64,000 nt of DNA from Candidatus Entotheonellaceae bacterium (lineage in GTDB: Bacteria; Tectomicrobia; Entotheonellia; Entotheonellales; Entotheonellaceae): contig OZ250173.1 of assembly GCA_965238075.1 (NCBI GenBank), positions 896,001 through 960,000 on the forward strand, in the 5' to 3' direction. Shown here in pieces: positions 59,476-64,000 of this stretch. The stretch's first letter is position 1; every line of letters starts with the position of its first letter. A model generated the notes under the pieces. That model did no database searches, was not told where the DNA came from, and saw only the letters and a list, made by a program, of their open reading frames with translations. Both the position numbers and the translations under genes were made by a program.

Positions 59476-60276
59476 ATGACAGAGGGTCCGTTGGTCTACG
59501 AACGGCGCGGCGGCGTCGTGACCCTGCGGCTGAATCGCCCCGAAACGCTCAACGCTATGAATGAGGCGATGATGGCGGAATTCGAGCGCTTGTTGCCGGA
59601 CATTGCGGCCGATGCCACAGTGCGGGCCGTGGTGCTGACGGGGACGGGGCGGGCCTTTTCGTCGGGCGGCGATCAAAAGCGCGACCGCGGCCAGGAGGCC
59701 GAGCGCAAGGTTTTCGACGGCGACCTCGGGGGCGGTGTGGTGGAGCGGCTGCATCGCTGCATCCTCCAGCTGCAGCGGATGCCCAAGCCGGTGATCGCCA
59801 GCGTCAACGGCGTTGCCGTCGGCGCCGGTTGCAATCTGGCCCTGGCCGCCGACTTGCGCATCGCCGCGGACAGCGCCCGATTCGGCGAGGTGTTCAGCCT
59901 CAGAGGGCTGGTGCCGGACGGCGGCGGCAGCTATTTCTTGCCCCGCTTGGTCGGCGTTGCTAAGGCGATGGAGCTCATCATGCTAGCCGACATCATCGAC
60001 GCCGATGAGGCGCTGCGCATCGGCTTAGTCAATTGGGTCAAACCGGTGCACGAACTGCAAGCGGAAACCGACAAGCTGGCTGAGCGCCTGGCGCAGGGAC
60101 CGACCCTGGCCTACGGCATGGCCAAATCCGCGGTGTATCAGGGACTGGAGATGTCGCTGGAGGACGTGCTCAACGTGGAGTCGCGCAATCAGGCGATTGC
60201 CGGGCGTTCGCAGGATCGCGCCGAGGGCGTCGCGGCGTTCCTGGAAAAACGCCAACCGCACTTCATCGGGCGTTGA
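59476..60276 (+). CDS. Enoyl-CoA hydratase/isomerase (PaaG-like)
   Basis: LNRPETLNA, FSSGGD, KPVIASVNG.AVGAG, GLVPD.GG and EG..AF.EKR.P.F.G motifs; RBS AAGGAG. Confidence 0.92.
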   Translation: MTEGPLVYERRGGVVTLRLNRPETLNAMNEAMMAEFERLLPDIAADATVRAVVLTGTGRAFSSGGDQKRDRGQEAERKVFDGDLGGGVVERLHRCILQLQRMPKPVIASVNGVAVGAGCNLALAADLRIAADSARFGEVFSLRGLVPDGGGSYFLPRLVGVAKAMELIMLADIIDADEALRIGLVNWVKPVHELQAETDKLAERLAQGPTLAYGMAKSAVYQGLEMSLEDVLNVESRNQAIAGRSQDRAEGVAAFLEKRQPHFIGR

Positions 60277-60295
60277 CGGCTGGCCGCGCGCTAGC

Positions 60296-61663
60296 TTACG
60301 GCTCTGGGGTCTGCGGCACGGGCGTCGGGGGGGCCTCGCCTGAAGCGCGTTTCTCAACCTTGATACGCGCGATTCGGGGACCGTGCATGTCGACCACGGT
60401 GAACGTGTGGCCATGCTCGGTGATCGACTCGCCCCCCTGCGGAATGTGTCCCAGGCGCGTCAGCAGCATGCCCGCCAAGGTCTGGTAATCCGGGTCCTCT
60501 TCAACCGGCAACTCGTACTGCTCTCGCAGGTCCCACAGCGGCGTGTTACCCTGAACCACCAGCGCGCCGTCGGGCAAGCGCGCCACCGCGGCATTGGCCT
60601 CCGGCTGCGCCTCGTCCGGCAGGTCCCCCACCAGTTGTTCCAGCAGGTCCTCGATGGTGATCAGTCCCGCTATGCCGCCGTGTTCGTCCACCACAATGGC
60701 CATATTCAGATGACGCTGCTGCAAGGTGCGCAGCACACGGCTGATCTGCACCGTTTCCGGCACGTACAGCGGCGGGTGCAGCAGGCTTTCCACGGTCCAG
60801 GGCTGGTTCTCGATGACCATGCGCAGAACGTCCTTGAAATAGAGCACGCCGACGATGTGGTCGAGGTCGCCGCGGTAGACCGGCACCCGCGTGTGCCCGA
60901 TGTCGACGAGCCTGCGGGTGACTTCCTCGGGCGGCGTCGTGACCTCCAGCGCCTGCATGCGCACCCGCGGCACCATCACCTCCCGCGCCGCGGTATCGGT
61001 GAACTCGAAAACACCTTCAATGAGCTCCTGCTCGACTTCCTCAAAAATGCCCCGCTCGGCCCCCTCGCGTACCAGGCTGGTCACGTCTTCCTCGGTCACC
61101 ATGGGGATTGTCGGCGTGGCTTCCGAGGTTCCCCGCTGGCCCAGCAAGCGGAGGACGACGGACGACGACAACGCCACGATGGCGCGCGCCGCGCCGCAAC
61201 ATCGCGTCAGAACGTGAAGCGGCCAGGCGGCCGCACGTACGACGTGCTCCGGGTGCTGCTGGGCAAGTGCTCTGGGCACGACCTGGCCTGCCACCAGGGC
61301 GATATACGTCAGCGCCGCGGTAACCAAACCGAGAGCGCAGGCGAGCGCCCAGGAACCGCCGGCGGAGAACGGCCAGCGGGCGCCCATCCAGGGCGATACG
61401 TCGCGCACCGCCAACCAGCCGGCCAGCACGGCGGCGAAGATGCCCATGAGGGTCATAAAGAGGCGCGACGTGGTGAGATGGCGTTCCGGGCTTTGGCGGA
61501 TCAGCAACGCCGTTGCCGCGCCCCGCATGCCGGCCTCCAGCATTTGCTGCAGACGGTTTTTCTGCGCCGCAAGAATCGCCACCTCGATGCCGTGAAACGC
61601 CCCATACAGGAGCATGGCTATCCCGATCGGGATGAGCTTGCCCCACATCGCATCGGAATCCAT
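60296..61663 (-). CDS. HlyC/CorC (CNNM) family transporter with CBS domains
   Basis: DUF21-like TM region, AREVMVPR, H.R.PVY, AIVVDEHGG..GL.T.ED..E..VG motifs and CorC C-terminus. Confidence 0.9.
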   Translation of the reverse strand: MDSDAMWGKLIPIGIAMLLYGAFHGIEVAILAAQKNRLQQMLEAGMRGAATALLIRQSPERHLTTSRLFMTLMGIFAAVLAGWLAVRDVSPWMGARWPFSAGGSWALACALGLVTAALTYIALVAGQVVPRALAQQHPEHVVRAAAWPLHVLTRCCGAARAIVALSSSVVLRLLGQRGTSEATPTIPMVTEEDVTSLVREGAERGIFEEVEQELIEGVFEFTDTAAREVMVPRVRMQALEVTTPPEEVTRRLVDIGHTRVPVYRGDLDHIVGVLYFKDVLRMVIENQPWTVESLLHPPLYVPETVQISRVLRTLQQRHLNMAIVVDEHGGIAGLITIEDLLEQLVGDLPDEAQPEANAAVARLPDGALVVQGNTPLWDLREQYELPVEEDPDYQTLAGMLLTRLGHIPQGGESITEHGHTFTVVDMHGPRIARIKVEKRASGEAPPTPVPQTPEP

Positions 61664-61709
61664 GACCCCCTCTCCTGAGCAGGCCTCGCAGCCTGCCGGT
61701 TGATTCTCC

Positions 61710-62381
61710 TTACCCGTCGGCACCGGTCAGGTCGGGCATTCGGTCGACGTACAGCGTCAGGCGCTGCACGTCAATGACCTCCACCGCTTCACCGCTGTCA
61801 ATCGTCTCGCCGCTTTGCGACACCGCGTTCCACAGCACGCCGCCCGGCATGTTCACCCTCCCTGCGGGGGTAAGCGGATGCACCACCGTGCCGCATTGAT
61901 AAAGCATGCCCTCGGCGCCGGTCCAGTTGCTGTTGTCGTATTGATAATACAGCGCCCCGTACCGCCATTCGTAGACCAGGATGCTGCCGGTCAGAACCAC
62001 TGCCCACGCCAGCCCGCAACTCCCACCCAACACCGTCCACCAGTGGCCTGACAGACTCACGGTCAAGACGATCACCACGACACCGAGGGCCACGGGGATG
62101 GCCAGATAATAGCTGTAGACGAACATGGCGGCGAGGGCTTCGAAGGCGCTGAGGTAGTTGACAGGGATTTTGTTGCGCTCGTAACGCCGGTCGCGGCGCG
62201 TGATGCGTCGGGCCAAATAGCGCCAGCGCAGCAGCGCGCCCGGAACGGCCAGCGACGCACCCAGGGCCACGGCGTCGGGCGCCTGCCAAGCGCGGTCGCC
62301 AAGCCACCAGATGAGACCGGCGCACAGCAGCCCGAAGCCGATAAGGTTGCGCAAGACCCGCACCTGTTTGACCTTCGCCAT
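61710..62381 (-). CDS. Membrane protein with NfeD-like C-terminal OB fold
   Basis: Four TM segments followed by TG.EG....G.V...L.P.G.V...G..W.A.......G..VEV. Confidence 0.7.
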   Translation of the reverse strand: MAKVKQVRVLRNLIGFGLLCAGLIWWLGDRAWQAPDAVALGASLAVPGALLRWRYLARRITRRDRRYERNKIPVNYLSAFEALAAMFVYSYYLAIPVALGVVVIVLTVSLSGHWWTVLGGSCGLAWAVVLTGSILVYEWRYGALYYQYDNSNWTGAEGMLYQCGTVVHPLTPAGRVNMPGGVLWNAVSQSGETIDSGEAVEVIDVQRLTLYVDRMPDLTGADG

Positions 62382-62424
62382 GCCGTTGCGCCCTCCCGTT
62401 GAAGGAGGTTAACCGAGCCCGTGC

Positions 62425-63747
62425 TTACAACGTGAAGGTAAAATCCCGCACCAGGACGCCGGGAACCCGGCTGCTGCCGGTGGAGCGGCGGCGATAGGTG
62501 CCGCCGTCCAGCAGGAAGGCTCGCGCGTCCGTCAGCCCCAACAGGTTGTCCCCCAACATTCGATAGATGGACTCGTCGAAGCGCATGACGTTCAAGGGCG
62601 CTTGGATCGTGCCGTTTTCGACCCAGAAGGTGGCAAAGCGGGTCATGCCGGTGATGCGAGCCGAGGCGCGGTCGGAGTAGTTGAGGTACCAGACGTTATT
62701 GACGTAGAGGCCAGTGTCGAGCTGGGCCAGGACCTGCTGCGCCGGCACTTGGCCAGCCGCCATGTCCATGGATTCGGGCGCCTCGCCGCTGCCGGCACCG
62801 TTGGTGGGCACGCCGTATTCCTTGGCCGAGCGCGCGGAGACCAAGCAATCGCCCAATCCGCCGGCGTCTATCAGGATAACTTCGTCGGGCTTGATAAAGC
62901 CGGCGGCGTCGAAATTCGGCGCCACACCCTCGCGGGTATTCTCGCGCAGCATGACCTCCGGGTGCAGGCGCTGGTTCGATTCCGTCATTTTCAACAAGGC
63001 GGTCTTCTTGGTGCGATGCGCCTTGAGGCCGAAGCCGCCCCAGGCCAGCATGTCGAGGATGTCGGCGACCGCGGCCGGCGCCAGGTAGACCCGATAGTTC
63101 CCCGGCGGGACGGTCTGTGGTGGCCGGCCCAGGGCTTCCAGTTGCGCCGCGGCGGCGTCCACTTGGCGATCGAAGGCATCGGCTTCCCAGCACAAACCGG
63201 CATAGGCGGTTTTGACGGCCTTGTCGCCCTGAAAATAAAAGCTCCAATCGCAGTTGAAATTGTAGCTGGCGAACCAGTTACGCTGTCCGAAGGCATTGGC
63301 AAAACCCACGTAAATTCCCCCGGCAGCGTACAGGCCAACGAGGTCGCGTCCACGCCCGGCCCGCAGAATGGCGTCCACCGCCTCGGCGCGTTCCGGCAAC
63401 TCGCTGCGACCCGCCGCGGTGCTGGAGCGCACCTCGGTGGCGTAGAGCAGGTGCGGGTCTTCGGGGAGAAACGGCAATTGCTCCCGCAGCCCCTCCAGCA
63501 ATCGGGTGACGCGGACGCCGTCCTGTTGCAGGTCGCCCGACAGGACCACATTGCCGGCGGCGTGTCGTTGCCCCTCGATGAGGTCAAGACTCAGGGCGCG
63601 CTGGCGCACGGTGCCCGCCTGCCGCACGGCGCTGCGGTTGAAGCGCACGAAGTCGGAATCCTCGCCGCGAAAGGTGCAGGTATACACTTCCCGGCCGCGC
63701 AGGTGGGCGGTGATGGTGTCCGCCAAGGCGTGAAAATAATCCTGCAT
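62425..63747 (-). CDS. TldE/PmbA family protein
   Basis: RFN...V.Q, PG.Y.VYL.PAAV, FD..G, L.TGLY....WY.N and TGMTR....VE.G motifs; follows tldD. Confidence 0.88.
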   Translation of the reverse strand: MQDYFHALADTITAHLRGREVYTCTFRGEDSDFVRFNRSAVRQAGTVRQRALSLDLIEGQRHAAGNVVLSGDLQQDGVRVTRLLEGLREQLPFLPEDPHLLYATEVRSSTAAGRSELPERAEAVDAILRAGRGRDLVGLYAAGGIYVGFANAFGQRNWFASYNFNCDWSFYFQGDKAVKTAYAGLCWEADAFDRQVDAAAAQLEALGRPPQTVPPGNYRVYLAPAAVADILDMLAWGGFGLKAHRTKKTALLKMTESNQRLHPEVMLRENTREGVAPNFDAAGFIKPDEVILIDAGGLGDCLVSARSAKEYGVPTNGAGSGEAPESMDMAAGQVPAQQVLAQLDTGLYVNNVWYLNYSDRASARITGMTRFATFWVENGTIQAPLNVMRFDESIYRMLGDNLLGLTDARAFLLDGGTYRRRSTGSSRVPGVLVRDFTFTL

Positions 63748-63753
63748 CGCGTC

Positions 63754-64000
63754 CTATTCTCCCCCGAAAACCTCAACGTTGGTGAACAGGCAGGCCGGGG
63801 AGGCGTGCCCGACGCGGATCATCTGATTGGGCTCGCCTTTGCCGCAGAACGGCGTCCCCATGATTTCCAGGGTGCCCCGGTTGCCCACCATCGCCAGATC
63901 GCGCCAGAAGGTCGCCGAAATGCCGCGGTAGTTCGGCTTCTTCACCACCGTGGTGAGGCGCCCGTCCTCGATCAACTGCCCCCACTCGCAGCCGAACTGG
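63754..64000 (-). CDS. tldD: TldD family protein, C-terminal part (5' end outside window)
   Basis: QFGCEWG.LIEDG..., G.P.CGKGEP.Q...VGHASP..LF..V.V C-terminal signature. Confidence 0.85.
   Translation of the reverse strand, partial: QFGCEWGQLIEDGRLTTVVKKPNYRGISATFWRDLAMVGNRGTLEIMGTPFCGKGEPNQMIRVGHASPACLFTNVEVFGGE

Noticed and set aside
58219-60276. 685-aa ORF suggesting an N-terminally extended enoyl-CoA hydratase
   Set aside because: The first ~419 codons are an off-frame overlap of the M20 peptidase; the real start is ATG 59476 with RBS AAGGAG

Overview
GC-rich chromosome segment from a diderm bacterium (BamD, ExbB/ExbD present). The ccsA-hemA-hemC..hemB order resembles Deltaproteobacteria/Nitrospinota/Tectomicrobia-like lineages, but that placement is inference only. 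Most of the window is housekeeping or metabolic: heme synthesis, rsmD, mnmA, mutL, guaB, dnaE, tRNA-Gly/Cys/Leu, pgsA, plsY, bamD, tsaB, ilvBN, psd-pssA, argC, three acyl-CoA dehydrogenases, a thiolase-like protein, rqcH, dnaK-grpE, citrate synthase-prpF-aconitase, core MetE, cysQ and tldE/tldD. Small accessory inserts are interspersed. Best candidate for an undescribed system (3189-8014, between hemC and hemB): a ~1480-aa STAND/NACHT-like ATPase with a C-terminal PD-(D/E)xK nuclease. Its last 30 residues look like the toxin-binding C-terminus of an AbrB/MazE-type Doc antitoxin, and it is translationally coupled to an apparently intact Doc toxin with no free-standing antitoxin. Other notable items: a lower-GC ABC-ATPase (DUF3696-like) plus PIN-like gene pair, a frameshifted two-repeat lipoprotein, a decayed two-gene module after grpE, a HAIR-like operator over the dnaK promoter, a REP-like element in two copies, and a thiolase with Ser at the catalytic Cys position. 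All family calls come from motif recognition by eye; no database searches were run.
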